DNA of 64,000 nt from a virus. The stretch is from the IMG/VR virus record IMGVR_UViG_3300034101_002201, positions 1 through 64,000 of that record; one strand, written 5' to 3'. Shown piece by piece: positions 1-8,253 of this stretch. Below the pieces are notes generated by a model that searched no databases, was not told the DNA's origin, and was given only the letters and a program-made list of their open reading frames with translations. The position numbers and the translations under genes were made by a program. Numbering within the stretch: position 1 is the stretch's first letter; every line of letters begins with the position of its first letter.

Positions 1-2
1 CC

Positions 3-74
3 TTATTGGAAACTGCTGTTAATCTTTTGAGACAGTGTGTTGTTGATGACAATAAGATTGTTCCTCAAGAATGA
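3..74 (+). CDS. 3' end of a hypothetical protein truncated by the window edge
   Basis: Open frame LLETAVNLLRQCVVDDNKIVPQE* ending in TGA at 72-74. Confidence 0.5.
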   Translation, partial: LLETAVNLLRQCVVDDNKIVPQE

Positions 75-150
75 ACTATTTTCCTAGCTTATAAAATAAG
101 AAAATAATCCTACACCTGTAGAAAAATTCGTGTGTCTAAAAAAGTTGAGG

Positions 151-158
151 GCTATAAT
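151..158 (+). promoter_or_regulatory. GCTATAAT -10-like promoter element (class B)
   Basis: GCTATAAT ~8 nt upstream of a structured region; same 8-mer recurs just upstream of five other genes/RNAs. Confidence 0.55.
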
Positions 159-165
159 ATTTTAG

Positions 166-388
166 ATGCGGTGGGAATCTGCCGCTTAAACATCTTTCGA
201 TGTTACTACGAAGCCTGAGTTAGCTGCGGTGGAACCGTGGGGAACGCGAATCAATAAGATGGTAAAATTGTCAAAGGTCAGCCCTTGGATCAGACCAAAA
301 GGCGAACTCTTTATTCAATTATAATTGTTGAATATGGTAGGGCGGGATAATTTAACCATTAGCCCGCCTTACCTATTCTTTTGTTTTA
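166..388 (+). ncRNA. Candidate structured ncRNA or 5' leader of unknown family
   Basis: GC-richer non-coding stretch with hairpins 168-185, 189-204, closing stem 217-225/301-309 around three inner helices, hairpin 312-334 and terminal hairpin 336-373 plus T-rich tail. Confidence 0.5.
336..388 (+). terminator. Intrinsic terminator-like hairpin
   Basis: GGTAGGGCGGG...CCCGCCTTACC stem followed by TATTCTTTTGTTTT. Confidence 0.65.
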
Positions 389-409
389 ATTTCTAATTAA
401 GGAGAATTT

Positions 410-622
410 ATGAAGAATCTAATTTGTGCGGTTGCAATTGTTCTTGGGTCTGCTACACTTGCTAGTGCAGATTGTTGCATTGGGTCATGTTCGACTAGTC
501 CAGTTAGGAAGGCTGGATCAACAGTTGTAAACGTAACAAAGCGTGTTGTAACAGCCCCATTTCGCATCGTAAAGAAGGCTAGGCAGAGTCGCCAGTTCGG
601 CAGCGGTAGTTGCTGTAACTGA
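410..622 (+). CDS. Small secreted Cys-rich basic protein
   Basis: AAGGAG SD; signal peptide ending ASA; CC..C N-terminal and CC C-terminal. Confidence 0.75.
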   Translation: MKNLICAVAIVLGSATLASADCCIGSCSTSPVRKAGSTVVNVTKRVVTAPFRIVKKARQSRQFGSGSCCN

Positions 623-625
623 ATT

Positions 626-677
626 TAGTGAGATTGCCTAGTCAATGAAGTTTAGTAGTTGACTAGGTATCTCATTA
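626..677 (+). promoter_or_regulatory. Long stem-loop reaching the probable start codon of the next gene
   Basis: TAGTGAGATTGCCTAGTCAA pairs with TTGACTAGGTATCTCATTA (~19 bp with G-U pairs); ATG at 677. Confidence 0.5.
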
Positions 678-865
678 TGACACTGTTTCGCACTATAGTG
701 CTTGAATACGACTTAATAGAAATTCATTACAACAAACGTTTAAAAAATAAACCTTACCTTGTTAGAGTTTTCAGTTATAACAATAGTGATCCTCACGAAC
801 TGAGAATAGATAGTAGTGAACTTAAAGACCTATATAAAATATTGAAACAACACAAGTTTTTATGA
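677..865 (+). CDS. Hypothetical protein
   Basis: ORF track 659..865; ATG 677 chosen; stop overlaps next ATG. Confidence 0.55.
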   Translation: MTLFRTIVLEYDLIEIHYNKRLKNKPYLVRVFSYNNSDPHELRIDSSELKDLYKILKQHKFL

Positions 866-1026
866 AAAACTTAGACTTGACAGATGCTGAGATAGATGTT
901 ATACTTGAGTCAATTGATGACAGTATGGATAAAATATATGGTGGTCCAGAAGGTCTTTCCGAATGCATGAAGATCGAACTGGAAATTATGAACAATCTAA
1001 AACGAAAACTTGAAAAACTGCTATGA
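862..1026 (+). CDS. Small hypothetical protein (54 aa, not in ORF track)
   Basis: MKNLDLTDAEIDVILESIDD...KLL*; ATGA overlaps at both ends. Confidence 0.6.
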   Translation: MKNLDLTDAEIDVILESIDDSMDKIYGGPEGLSECMKIELEIMNNLKRKLEKLL

Positions 1027-1439
1027 TAAAACACTACCCAATTACAAATACTAAAAAGGTTGAAGAACTTTATTCTGAGAAAGATGGAGTAAAAGTATCT
1101 CATGTTTGTACCACAGAGTTTGGCAATGGAAACATTTGTGATATTTTTTATAGAGCTACTCCACACCCAGAATTTGGCAATAGATATTTTGCAGTCTTCT
1201 TTAAGGGAGATGAATCTTACATTGGCAATGCAGATCAAGTTGAGAATTTAACATTTGGAACTGTAGAAAATGATGAGGGCGATGTAGAATATAGCAGAAG
1301 CCGTCATGATTATAAGTCATTCAAGAATGGCAACATGATTGACGGTGGAAGAGATTATATACGATCTAGTGGTTCAGTAGTTGTTTATCAAATAAAAGAT
1401 GGAGAGTGGATACACTCAGGTGTTTCTAATGACTTTTAA
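1023..1439 (+). CDS. Conserved phage hypothetical protein
   Basis: PHPEFGNRYF, SRHDY and IDGGRDY motifs recalled from other large-phage proteins; coupled to neighbours. Confidence 0.7.
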   Translation: MIKHYPITNTKKVEELYSEKDGVKVSHVCTTEFGNGNICDIFYRATPHPEFGNRYFAVFFKGDESYIGNADQVENLTFGTVENDEGDVEYSRSRHDYKSFKNGNMIDGGRDYIRSSGSVVVYQIKDGEWIHSGVSNDF

Positions 1440-1629
1440 TGAATGGCTTAATGAATCTGAGGGATTCTCTTTACGAATGGAAAGAGCTTACGATGATCTT
1501 GTAAAATGCCCCAAAGACACTGTGGATAACTGGTTACAAATAAAAGATTGGCTAAAAGCAGCATATGATGAAGGATACCATCAAGGTATTAATATAAATG
1601 AATCAGAAACAAAAAGACATAATACTTGA
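1429..1629 (+). CDS. Hypothetical protein
   Basis: MTFNEWL...WLKAAYDEGY small phage-type protein; ORF track 1399..1629. Confidence 0.6.
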   Translation: MTFNEWLNESEGFSLRMERAYDDLVKCPKDTVDNWLQIKDWLKAAYDEGYHQGININESETKRHNT

Positions 1630-1780
1630 GATTATCAAGTTATGTAATGAAAAAGTTCAAGATCAAAAAGATCACGAATCTTCTGCTGGATATGGCGAAG
1701 ATTATACTGATGGTAGAATTGTCGGCGGTGCTGCGTTAGCCCGACGAATATTGGAGATACTAAAAGAGTTTCAACTTTAA
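1598..1780 (+). CDS. Hypothetical protein
   Basis: ORF in tightly packed + strand run. Confidence 0.6.
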   Translation: MNQKQKDIILEIIKLCNEKVQDQKDHESSAGYGEDYTDGRIVGGAALARRILEILKEFQL

Positions 1781-2062
1781 ATGAAAACCTATAAGAAAAA
1801 AACAGTTAAAGTTCTTGATAAGATTCATTGTGATTGCTGTGGAGAAAATTGCTCCAAAGACATAGACCATGAATATGCTGAACTAAGTGCTACTTGGGGC
1901 TATTGTTCCAATCAAGATGGTACTCAATATGATATTCAAATTTGTGAAAATTGTTTTAATGAATTATTAAATTACATTAAAGACAAAAGACGAAAAGTTT
2001 TGGGGCCATTTGATTACCCATACGATCATGATCCTTTAAATGGAAAGAGATATTTCACATGA
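1781..2062 (+). CDS. Small putative Zn-binding protein
   Basis: CDCC and CENC cysteine pairs. Confidence 0.65.
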   Translation: MKTYKKKTVKVLDKIHCDCCGENCSKDIDHEYAELSATWGYCSNQDGTQYDIQICENCFNELLNYIKDKRRKVLGPFDYPYDHDPLNGKRYFT

Positions 2063-2307
2063 ATGATTTTTCTTACATAACCGCACTAACAATCTTTGTT
2101 ACTTATGTTGCAATTGATATGTTATACGCTTGGTATATTATGAGTGTTAACAAAAAGCGGGCCTTTACAGCAGCAGTTTTGACTAGTATAATCTACAGTC
2201 TACTGGCGTTTGGCGTGGTATCATATAGTAAGAACATTTACTACTTAATTCCACTAGCGTCTGGGGCGTTTCTCGGCACATATTTAATGGTTAAATTTAA
2301 GGAATAA
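2059..2307 (+). CDS. Small membrane protein (3 hydrophobic segments)
   Basis: Three hydrophobic helices; ends GAFLGTYLMVK. Confidence 0.7.
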   Translation: MNDFSYITALTIFVTYVAIDMLYAWYIMSVNKKRAFTAAVLTSIIYSLLAFGVVSYSKNIYYLIPLASGAFLGTYLMVKFKE

Positions 2308-2308
2308 T

Positions 2309-2536
2309 ATGAAAGCTACATTTAATTTTGATTTAGACGATCCAGATGATAAGACTCAATATGACATAATGAATCAAGCAATTCGTATGCAAAGAGTATT
2401 ATGGGATTTAAGCGAAGCATTACGCACATGGGAAAAATATGGTGATCCATTTACAGATGCCCGTGATGCTGTAGTAAAAATAAGAGAAGAGTTTTACAGA
2501 ACACTTAACAATTATGAAGTGAATATTGATCTATAA
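2309..2536 (+). CDS. Hypothetical protein
   Basis: MKATFNFDL start typical of small phage proteins; SD AAGGA. Confidence 0.65.
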   Translation: MKATFNFDLDDPDDKTQYDIMNQAIRMQRVLWDLSEALRTWEKYGDPFTDARDAVVKIREEFYRTLNNYEVNIDL

Positions 2537-3267
2537 TGTTTAAAATTATAAAACAATCCCGAATTAATTACTGGAGTTGCTCACATTTCGCTGACCTTAT
2601 TAGGGGAAACACTAAGCCATTAGCATTAGGTTTAGATGAATGGGAAACTTGGAGACAAGAATCTAAAACAAAACGCCCTTTACGACATTGGATTGCTGAA
2701 GAAGTTCTAAACTTTTTACAGGATATTGTGCATTTTCCTATGGATATTTACTATACCATAGAAGTTTATGTTCGTAACAGATATATTGACAAACTTCATT
2801 ATTTACGAACAGGATTAAAACCGGGGAAGTATTATGATCTTGACTATCGTATTCTTCATGGTCTTTTTAATGAGTTAGTTCTTTTTGTTGAGAGTGATCA
2901 GGCTCATTTGATGAAAGCATATCCAGAGCGTAACTATAAGTTTGTTAACGGAAGATGCAAACAAGCAGGATTAGACTATTTAAATTGGGCCTGTGACCTT
3001 AAACTTAATGAAGATAATGGTTTTAATCCAGATGATGAAGATTACAATGAGGCAACAGCACAAGCAATAGCCTCTCAAAAGATTTTGGAACTTTACAATT
3101 GGTGGCTAGATAGAGATTATAGGGTTAATCCATATGATCTATTCACCAAAGAAAAAGACGGAAAGTATTACTATCGTAAGATTGATGAGATGGAACATAA
3201 GTATGACGAAGAAGATACTGAAAAGCTTATTGAACTAATTAAAATAAGGAGTTCGCTGTGGACTTAA
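2536..3267 (+). CDS. Conserved phage hypothetical protein
   Basis: 243 aa ORF, Trp-rich, ends LIKIRSSLWT. Confidence 0.75.
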   Translation: MFKIIKQSRINYWSCSHFADLIRGNTKPLALGLDEWETWRQESKTKRPLRHWIAEEVLNFLQDIVHFPMDIYYTIEVYVRNRYIDKLHYLRTGLKPGKYYDLDYRILHGLFNELVLFVESDQAHLMKAYPERNYKFVNGRCKQAGLDYLNWACDLKLNEDNGFNPDDEDYNEATAQAIASQKILELYNWWLDRDYRVNPYDLFTKEKDGKYYYRKIDEMEHKYDEEDTEKLIELIKIRSSLWT

Positions 3268-3620
3268 ACGAGACACTAAAAAAAGAGTTTGATAAGCCAG
3301 ATTTAGAATATGATCTCATTAATAATGAACGAATAGTAACCAAATGTATTAATAGCCAAGTCTATTGCACAGATCTATACGGGGCTTTGTGTAATAATAG
3401 ATTCTTTTATGGCGATAAAGAGTGGACTTGCTCATGGAGAATGTCTGGTGGTATAGTAGCTGATATAATCAATAGTGGAGAATACATGGATTGGTATTGT
3501 TCTGGCAACGAAGGGGTTGTTACTGACGAAATTAAATTAGATTTAATGATGATGGGATGGACTGTTAAACCTTATGAGCCAAGATTACAACCGGCAATTT
3601 ATAGGAATGAGTGGAAATAA
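3258..3620 (+). CDS. Conserved phage hypothetical protein
   Basis: LYGALCNN, SWRMSGGIVADI, YMDWYCSG motifs. Confidence 0.7.
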   Translation: MDLNETLKKEFDKPDLEYDLINNERIVTKCINSQVYCTDLYGALCNNRFFYGDKEWTCSWRMSGGIVADIINSGEYMDWYCSGNEGVVTDEIKLDLMMMGWTVKPYEPRLQPAIYRNEWK

Positions 3621-3787
3621 TGGATAATCTGACAACTGAACAAAAGTTTGCTATCTTTTGGTGTTTCAATAATGCTATGAAATATATGGAAATTGATGAA
3701 TATGATTCTGACAAAGAAATAGTTGTAAACGGAATCAATATTAACAAAACTATTGCAGAATTACTAAAGGACAGGTTATTTGTATGA
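3620..3787 (+). CDS. Small hypothetical protein (55 aa, not in ORF track)
   Basis: MDNLTTEQKF...DRLFV*; TAATG overlap with previous gene. Confidence 0.55.
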   Translation: MDNLTTEQKFAIFWCFNNAMKYMEIDEYDSDKEIVVNGININKTIAELLKDRLFV

Positions 3788-3927
3788 ATATTGATATTAA
3801 TAAAAATGAAGCTTGGAAGATTATAGACGCTATACAAGCATATAAGAAAGACTATGCATTAACAGCACCGGTTATTAAAACTATAGAGAATATCACAAAA
3901 AAGCTAAAGGCAATAACCAATGAGTAA
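3784..3927 (+). CDS. Small hypothetical protein (47 aa, not in ORF track)
   Basis: MNIDINKNEAWKII...ITNE*; overlaps both neighbours. Confidence 0.55.
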   Translation: MNIDINKNEAWKIIDAIQAYKKDYALTAPVIKTIENITKKLKAITNE

Positions 3928-4117
3928 AAGAGAACAACAACTAAATGAGTATATGAAAGAAAAGTACGAAAACAATATAGGTATACAAGATACTAAGAAA
4001 CGAATAGATTTCATAAACGAACAAATTCAATACTTAGAAAATGAAAGATTCTATCTAATATCTAAACTATTTAATGAGCAAAGCAAAAAATTTGTTATGG
4101 AGAACCATGAAGATTAA
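3920..4117 (+). CDS. Hypothetical coiled-coil protein
   Basis: ORF in packed run. Confidence 0.55.
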   Translation: MSKREQQLNEYMKEKYENNIGIQDTKKRIDFINEQIQYLENERFYLISKLFNEQSKKFVMENHED

Positions 4118-4319
4118 TAACAAGACTCATATAACTATGAGCGATGAAGATGTTAAGGATGCTATTATAAAGTATCTTTATCAGAATCAAGGAATTAGTG
4201 GTATATTTGACGTTAAATTCAAAATTGTAAATGAACCAATTCCAACCCACAACTATATAGATAGCATAGATCATTGGGTATTTGATGGGGCAGAGATTGA
4301 GGTTAATTTAAATGAATGA
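4107..4319 (+). CDS. Hypothetical protein
   Basis: GGAGA SD before ATG 4107; ORF track 4074..4319. Confidence 0.6.
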   Translation: MKINNKTHITMSDEDVKDAIIKYLYQNQGISGIFDVKFKIVNEPIPTHNYIDSIDHWVFDGAEIEVNLNE

Positions 4320-4404
4320 AACAACTGCTTGGACAATATTGGGCATAGTATATATTATATGTGCAATAGTCACAGTAATAATCTGTCAAATTGAGAAAAG
4401 ATGA
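4312..4404 (+). CDS. 30 aa single-TM peptide (not in ORF track)
   Basis: MNETTAWTILGIVYIICAIVTVIICQIEKR*; fills the gap with overlaps at both ends. Confidence 0.5.
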   Translation: MNETTAWTILGIVYIICAIVTVIICQIEKR

Positions 4405-4586
4405 TTTGCTTTAAAATAAATCCAGAACTTACATGCGAAAAGGTATGTAATGCTCTGAAAAAGATTCTTGATGGCGGTAATCATCATGGGGATACATTCT
4501 TGGTGATTACCATCAAAAAGGTAGAACAAACAAACGACGATTTAATACCCAAGTTAGAATACCAAGCTGGTATTGATTGGTATTGA
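4401..4586 (+). CDS. Hypothetical protein
   Basis: ATGA-coupled ORF. Confidence 0.55.
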   Translation: MICFKINPELTCEKVCNALKKILDGGNHHGDTFLVITIKKVEQTNDDLIPKLEYQAGIDWY

Positions 4587-4606
4587 CAATAATGATTGAT
4601 TAAAAA

Positions 4607-4613
4607 GTGTATA
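4607..4613 (+). promoter_or_regulatory. GTGTATA putative late promoter (class C)
   Basis: Intergenic GTGTATATAT ~45 nt before thioredoxin start; recurs upstream of several genes. Confidence 0.55.
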
Positions 4614-4657
4614 TATTCAAGGTAGAATATATTATTTACCAACTGGAGGGTTATAGC

Positions 4658-4999
4658 ATGAGAAATACACTAGTATCTGTCCTTTTAATTTCGTGTTTAA
4701 TATCTATCGCTTCGGCATTTGCTCTTGATAACAGTGCCGAAAAAACGCTAATAATATTTTCAGCTGATTGGTGCAAATACTGCCAAGTGGCGAAGAATGA
4801 TATGAAAAATGACCCACAATTATCAGAGATTGTGAAAAATTATACTATCGTAGACGTAGATTTTGATGTTGACAAAGACATCGTTGAAGGCTACAATATA
4901 AAGACGATCCCTGCCTTTGTGGTTTTTGAAAATGGCAAAGAAAAGGGAAGAAAGATTGGCTATAATGGACCAAGTAGTTTAATAAACTTTTTAAAATAA
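4658..4999 (+). CDS. Thioredoxin-family protein with signal peptide
   Basis: WCKYC active site, cis-Pro motif TIPAF, hydrophobic N-terminus; GGAGG SD before ATG 4658. Confidence 0.85.
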   Translation: MRNTLVSVLLISCLISIASAFALDNSAEKTLIIFSADWCKYCQVAKNDMKNDPQLSEIVKNYTIVDVDFDVDKDIVEGYNIKTIPAFVVFENGKEKGRKIGYNGPSSLINFLK

Positions 5000-5350
5000 G
5001 GGGGCGTAAAGGTATCGACAGGTAAAAAAATATATAAATGGCATCCACTGGTTGACCGACCGGCCAGTATAAAAGTCGGTTAAAAATGTTAGTTGGCGAA
5101 ACTCGTTTCGCTCTCGCTGCCTGACCTAGTTAGGCAAGAGTGCGGTGGCATGAACCGTATTGTCCAATCATGCTGACTCCGATAATCGGATATGGTATCC
5201 TCACCAAACATAAATGGGGATGATGATTGTACTCAATCTGACACAGATAATTCTGTTAGTTTTGTTAGCTGTACGATAACAACTAACTAAGGATGTAGAT
5301 GTTTATATTGACATTTATTCTGGACGGCAGTTCGACTCTGCCCGCTTCCA
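5000..5350 (+). ncRNA. ssrA: tmRNA, tag (A)GETRFALAA
   Basis: 5' GGGGGCG pairs with CGCTTCC (5343-5349) giving G3-U70; T arm GGCAG-TTCGACT-CTGCC; PK1 (ACTGG/CCAGT plus TTGACCGAC/GTCGGTTAA); tag frame 5095-5124 ending LAA-TGA. Confidence 0.95.
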
Positions 5351-5394
5351 ATTAACAATGACAATAATAATTGTATTTTATGAAAGGTTGAATA

Positions 5395-5679
5395 ATGAAC
5401 GTTAAACAATTGCAAGATAGCGGATACAAGGTAAAAGTTTTTCACAATCGCCTTTATAATGGATATCACGCTTGGCAAAATGGGAAAAGAGTTTATGGCT
5501 ATACCGATGGAATCATTGGACCAGACTCTAAGGGTGGTTCTACTGAAGTGATTATTGAATCTCCAAGCGGTGAACGTTTTCATGGTATTGCAATTTGTAG
5601 CAAAAAAGAAAACTACAATAAAAGAATGGGAATAAGAATAGCTTTAGGGAGGGCTTTGTATGGGAACAAATCAGCTTGA
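5395..5679 (+). CDS. Conserved phage hypothetical protein
   Basis: KGGST...AICSKKENYNKRMGIRIALGRA motif; AAAGG SD. Confidence 0.7.
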   Translation: MNVKQLQDSGYKVKVFHNRLYNGYHAWQNGKRVYGYTDGIIGPDSKGGSTEVIIESPSGERFHGIAICSKKENYNKRMGIRIALGRALYGNKSA

Positions 5680-6217
5680 ATTTAATTTTGAGATAGATAA
5701 TGAAACTACCGAAGAATTGAAGACAGTTGTATTGAATGGTGTTGCAATAAAAGAATATAGTATATCTAAATCTGGTAAAATATATTCGCACATAAAAAGA
5801 CAAATCAGTAAAAACGGATTTCATGCAATATATGATCCATCTCATAAGAAAAAACTCAAAACATATTCAAATCATAATGGATATGAAATGACAAGTATCA
5901 GTTTTGATATAGGTACTTTTGAATATGAATATCGGCAGAAAGAAAGCAGTAAAACAAAACAAGAAACTAAATGCAGAATCCACAAACTTGTTATTGATAG
6001 CTGGATGCCTTTTGATGAATATTTACCACAAGAAATAGATTCAAATGATTACAAAAATACTCCAGAATCAATAAGAAAAATCTTAAAAGAATTGTTTATT
6101 GTAAATCATATAGATCATGATAAATCTAACAATAATCTTGAAAATTTGGAAAGAGTTACGCACAAGCAAAATAGTAGAGCAGCACTAAAACATTATGGAT
6201 CAATAGATGAAGATTGA
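5660..6217 (+). CDS. HNH homing-type endonuclease (NUMOD4-like N-terminus)
   Basis: YSISKSGKIYS; HKLV; VNHIDHDKSNNNLENLERVTHKQN. Confidence 0.85.
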   Translation: MGTNQLEFNFEIDNETTEELKTVVLNGVAIKEYSISKSGKIYSHIKRQISKNGFHAIYDPSHKKKLKTYSNHNGYEMTSISFDIGTFEYEYRQKESSKTKQETKCRIHKLVIDSWMPFDEYLPQEIDSNDYKNTPESIRKILKELFIVNHIDHDKSNNNLENLERVTHKQNSRAALKHYGSIDED

Positions 6218-6410
6218 TATAAATGACTTCCCAGTAGATACTGATGACTATATAAATAGACTATTGAGGGAGATAGAATCCCTTAAAAATACAGTAGAAT
6301 CATTAAAACTGGAAGTAAAAACCCAAAGAAAAGAAATAGCCCTACTTAGAGAAGAAAGAAAAGCCATTTTAGACAACGATAAACCCCCCGGTTTGTGTAT
6401 AAAATGGTAG
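6207..6410 (+). CDS. Small coiled-coil protein
   Basis: Heptad pattern LLREIESLKNTVESLKLEV. Confidence 0.6.
   Translation: MKIDINDFPVDTDDYINRLLREIESLKNTVESLKLEVKTQRKEIALLREERKAILDNDKPPGLCIKW
6395..6401 (+). promoter_or_regulatory. GTGTATA putative late promoter (class C)
   Basis: GTGTATAAAAT ~45 nt before ATG 6446. Confidence 0.5.
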
Positions 6411-6445
6411 CCTACCTAAAATATCCCACCTTAAGGAGTTTATTC

Positions 6446-6616
6446 ATGAAATATACATTTGTAGCATTATTACTTTCAATATTAGTATCATCTTTATCGG
6501 TAAATTTACTATATATTGACATACTTAATGAAATTAATCAGAGCCACAGTGTAAATGATCACAAGATGAGTATAATAATGGAAAAGGTAGATGAGCTAAC
6601 ATACAAAGCAGAGTAG
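6446..6616 (+). CDS. Small membrane-anchored protein
   Basis: AAGGAG SD before ATG 6446; hydrophobic N-terminus. Confidence 0.6.
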   Translation: MKYTFVALLLSILVSSLSVNLLYIDILNEINQSHSVNDHKMSIIMEKVDELTYKAE

Positions 6617-6743
6617 ATTTATGTTTTTATGGCTAAATGACAGACTATTTAATAAATATCTAAAAGTTTTGCGAAAGATGGATATGCGTAGTATCTATCC
6701 TATAGCATTTAAGTGTGATTTTTTATACAGAGGGGAATTTTCT

Positions 6744-7037
6744 ATGGCACTAATTTATAATGTAACCGCTGGCCCAGTTGTTGATAGTGACGTTGCAGAG
6801 CGTAGACTTTCAGTGACTGTTAATGGTGAAGTTCGTTCAACATCACCTTTCCCAGCAAATACCACCAGTTTCGGTGAGCTATCATTCTCAGATAATGATA
6901 GTGTTGTTTTAACTCTAGTAGACGTTGACGATGCTGGTAATGTAAGTTCGCCAGCCACCGTGGAGTTTACTGCGGTTGATACTGTACCTCCCGTAGCACC
7001 GGGTGAATTTGGCGTAGCTTTTGTTCGTGAAGAGTGA
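6744..7037 (+). CDS. Single Ig/FN3-like beta-sandwich protein
   Basis: VDDAGNVS and DTVPPVAPG motifs; GAGGGG SD before ATG 6744 (frame open from 6621). Confidence 0.65.
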   Translation: MALIYNVTAGPVVDSDVAERRLSVTVNGEVRSTSPFPANTTSFGELSFSDNDSVVLTLVDVDDAGNVSSPATVEFTAVDTVPPVAPGEFGVAFVREE

Positions 7038-7065
7038 ACAATAGTTACCTAATAAGTAATGAATT

Positions 7066-7093
7066 AGGGGGTGGCGAAAGCTGCCCCCTTTTT
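7066..7093 (+). terminator. Intrinsic terminator
   Basis: GGGGGTGGC-GAAA-GCTGCCCCC followed by T run. Confidence 0.85.
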
Positions 7094-7098
7094 ATTTA

Positions 7099-7105
7099 GT
7101 GTATA
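7099..7105 (+). promoter_or_regulatory. GTGTATA putative late promoter (class C)
   Basis: Immediately after terminator, ~35 nt before ATG 7139. Confidence 0.55.
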
Positions 7106-7138
7106 TGTATAAGGGTTTTTTAATCTTATGGGAAAATT

Positions 7139-7501
7139 ATGTTTAATTGGTTAAGAGATAAAATATCTGACTGTTCTAGATCGCCAAAGTGGTCTAGCGT
7201 CAGGAAGGAACATTTAAAACATCAATCAATTTGTCAGGCGTGTAGGAGAAAAAACGATCTACAAGTTCATCACATAATACCATATCATTTAGATCCAAGT
7301 AATGAATTAAATCCAGATAATTTAATCACATTATGCTCTGATTGTCATCTATTATTGGGCCACTTGATGGACTATAAAAGTTGGAATGTAAATGTAGTCA
7401 CTGATTGTGAACAAATATCACTCAAAATCAAGAATAGGCCATACAATGAACAAACTTATCAACAGCCTCCTAGTTGGATTTCTTATTGGTTTAATATCTA
7501 A
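7139..7501 (+). CDS. Small Zn-binding HNH endonuclease
   Basis: CQAC...VHHIIP...NLITLCSDCH. Confidence 0.85.
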   Translation: MFNWLRDKISDCSRSPKWSSVRKEHLKHQSICQACRRKNDLQVHHIIPYHLDPSNELNPDNLITLCSDCHLLLGHLMDYKSWNVNVVTDCEQISLKIKNRPYNEQTYQQPPSWISYWFNI

Positions 7502-8228
7502 TATATATGCTGGCACAATAGACCCTAATACTCCAGATGAAAAATATATTGAATACGGCAAAAAATTTGATTGCGTATTAGAGATAATGGGTTCTTATGA
7601 TAGCGAAGAGGGATTATTTTCAGCCTCTGCTGTTGCTATAGATTCTCGCTGGGTATTAACAGCGGCACATGTTGTGAAAGATTCTAAGTTTGCTTTTTTA
7701 CACAGCGAAAAGAAAAAACAGATCATAGTTATAGATGAAATTATATGCCATGAAGATTTTGAAAAGAGGCAATTTGGATTTGCAGATATAGCACTATGCC
7801 ACACAACCTCAGATATAGACCTTGAGTTTTATCCACAACTATACGAAGAATCAAACGAAGTTGATAAAATATGTGCTATTGCTGGCTATGGTAAAACTGG
7901 CACTTTTATAACTGGAATACAGGATGGACACAAGAAAAAAAGGGGAGGATCAAACAAAATAGACAAAATAGAAAATGATCTTTTGATTTGCAGTCCTTCT
8001 ATATCAAATAGAACAGAGCTTGAATTCTTAATAGGTAGCGGGGATAGTGGTGGCGGTTTATTTATAGATGGCAAGTTGGCTGGCATAAATTCTTGCGTCA
8101 CAACACTTGACAAAAAGCCAAACTCGACGTATAATGATGAAGGTGGTCACACTAGAGTCAGCAAATTTTTAGGTTGGATCAATCAGCATATACAAAAAAA
8201 GAGAGCAGGACAAAGCCTGCTCCCTTAA
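7446..8228 (+). CDS. Secreted trypsin-like (S1) serine protease
   Basis: LTAAH, DIAL, GDSGG catalytic triad motifs; signal peptide from ATG 7446. Confidence 0.9.
   Translation: MNKLINSLLVGFLIGLISNIYAGTIDPNTPDEKYIEYGKKFDCVLEIMGSYDSEEGLFSASAVAIDSRWVLTAAHVVKDSKFAFLHSEKKKQIIVIDEIICHEDFEKRQFGFADIALCHTTSDIDLEFYPQLYEESNEVDKICAIAGYGKTGTFITGIQDGHKKKRGGSNKIDKIENDLLICSPSISNRTELEFLIGSGDSGGGLFIDGKLAGINSCVTTLDKKPNSTYNDEGGHTRVSKFLGWINQHIQKKRAGQSLLP
8194..8222 (-). terminator. Intrinsic terminator for the minus-strand gene
   Basis: GAGCAGG/CCTGCTC stem preceded on + by an A run (U tail on -). Confidence 0.6.
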
Positions 8229-8253
8229 GTCTATACTTGTAACCTATATTAAA

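Noticed and set aside
210-310. Resemblance to c-di-AMP (ydaO) riboswitch or HDV-like ribozyme
   Set aside because: Only short word matches (GGAACC..TGGGG..GAATC; GGCGAA); required pairings and downstream consensus not found
5287-5583. Minus-strand 98 aa ORF
   Set aside because: Overlaps the tmRNA 3' end and a well-supported + gene
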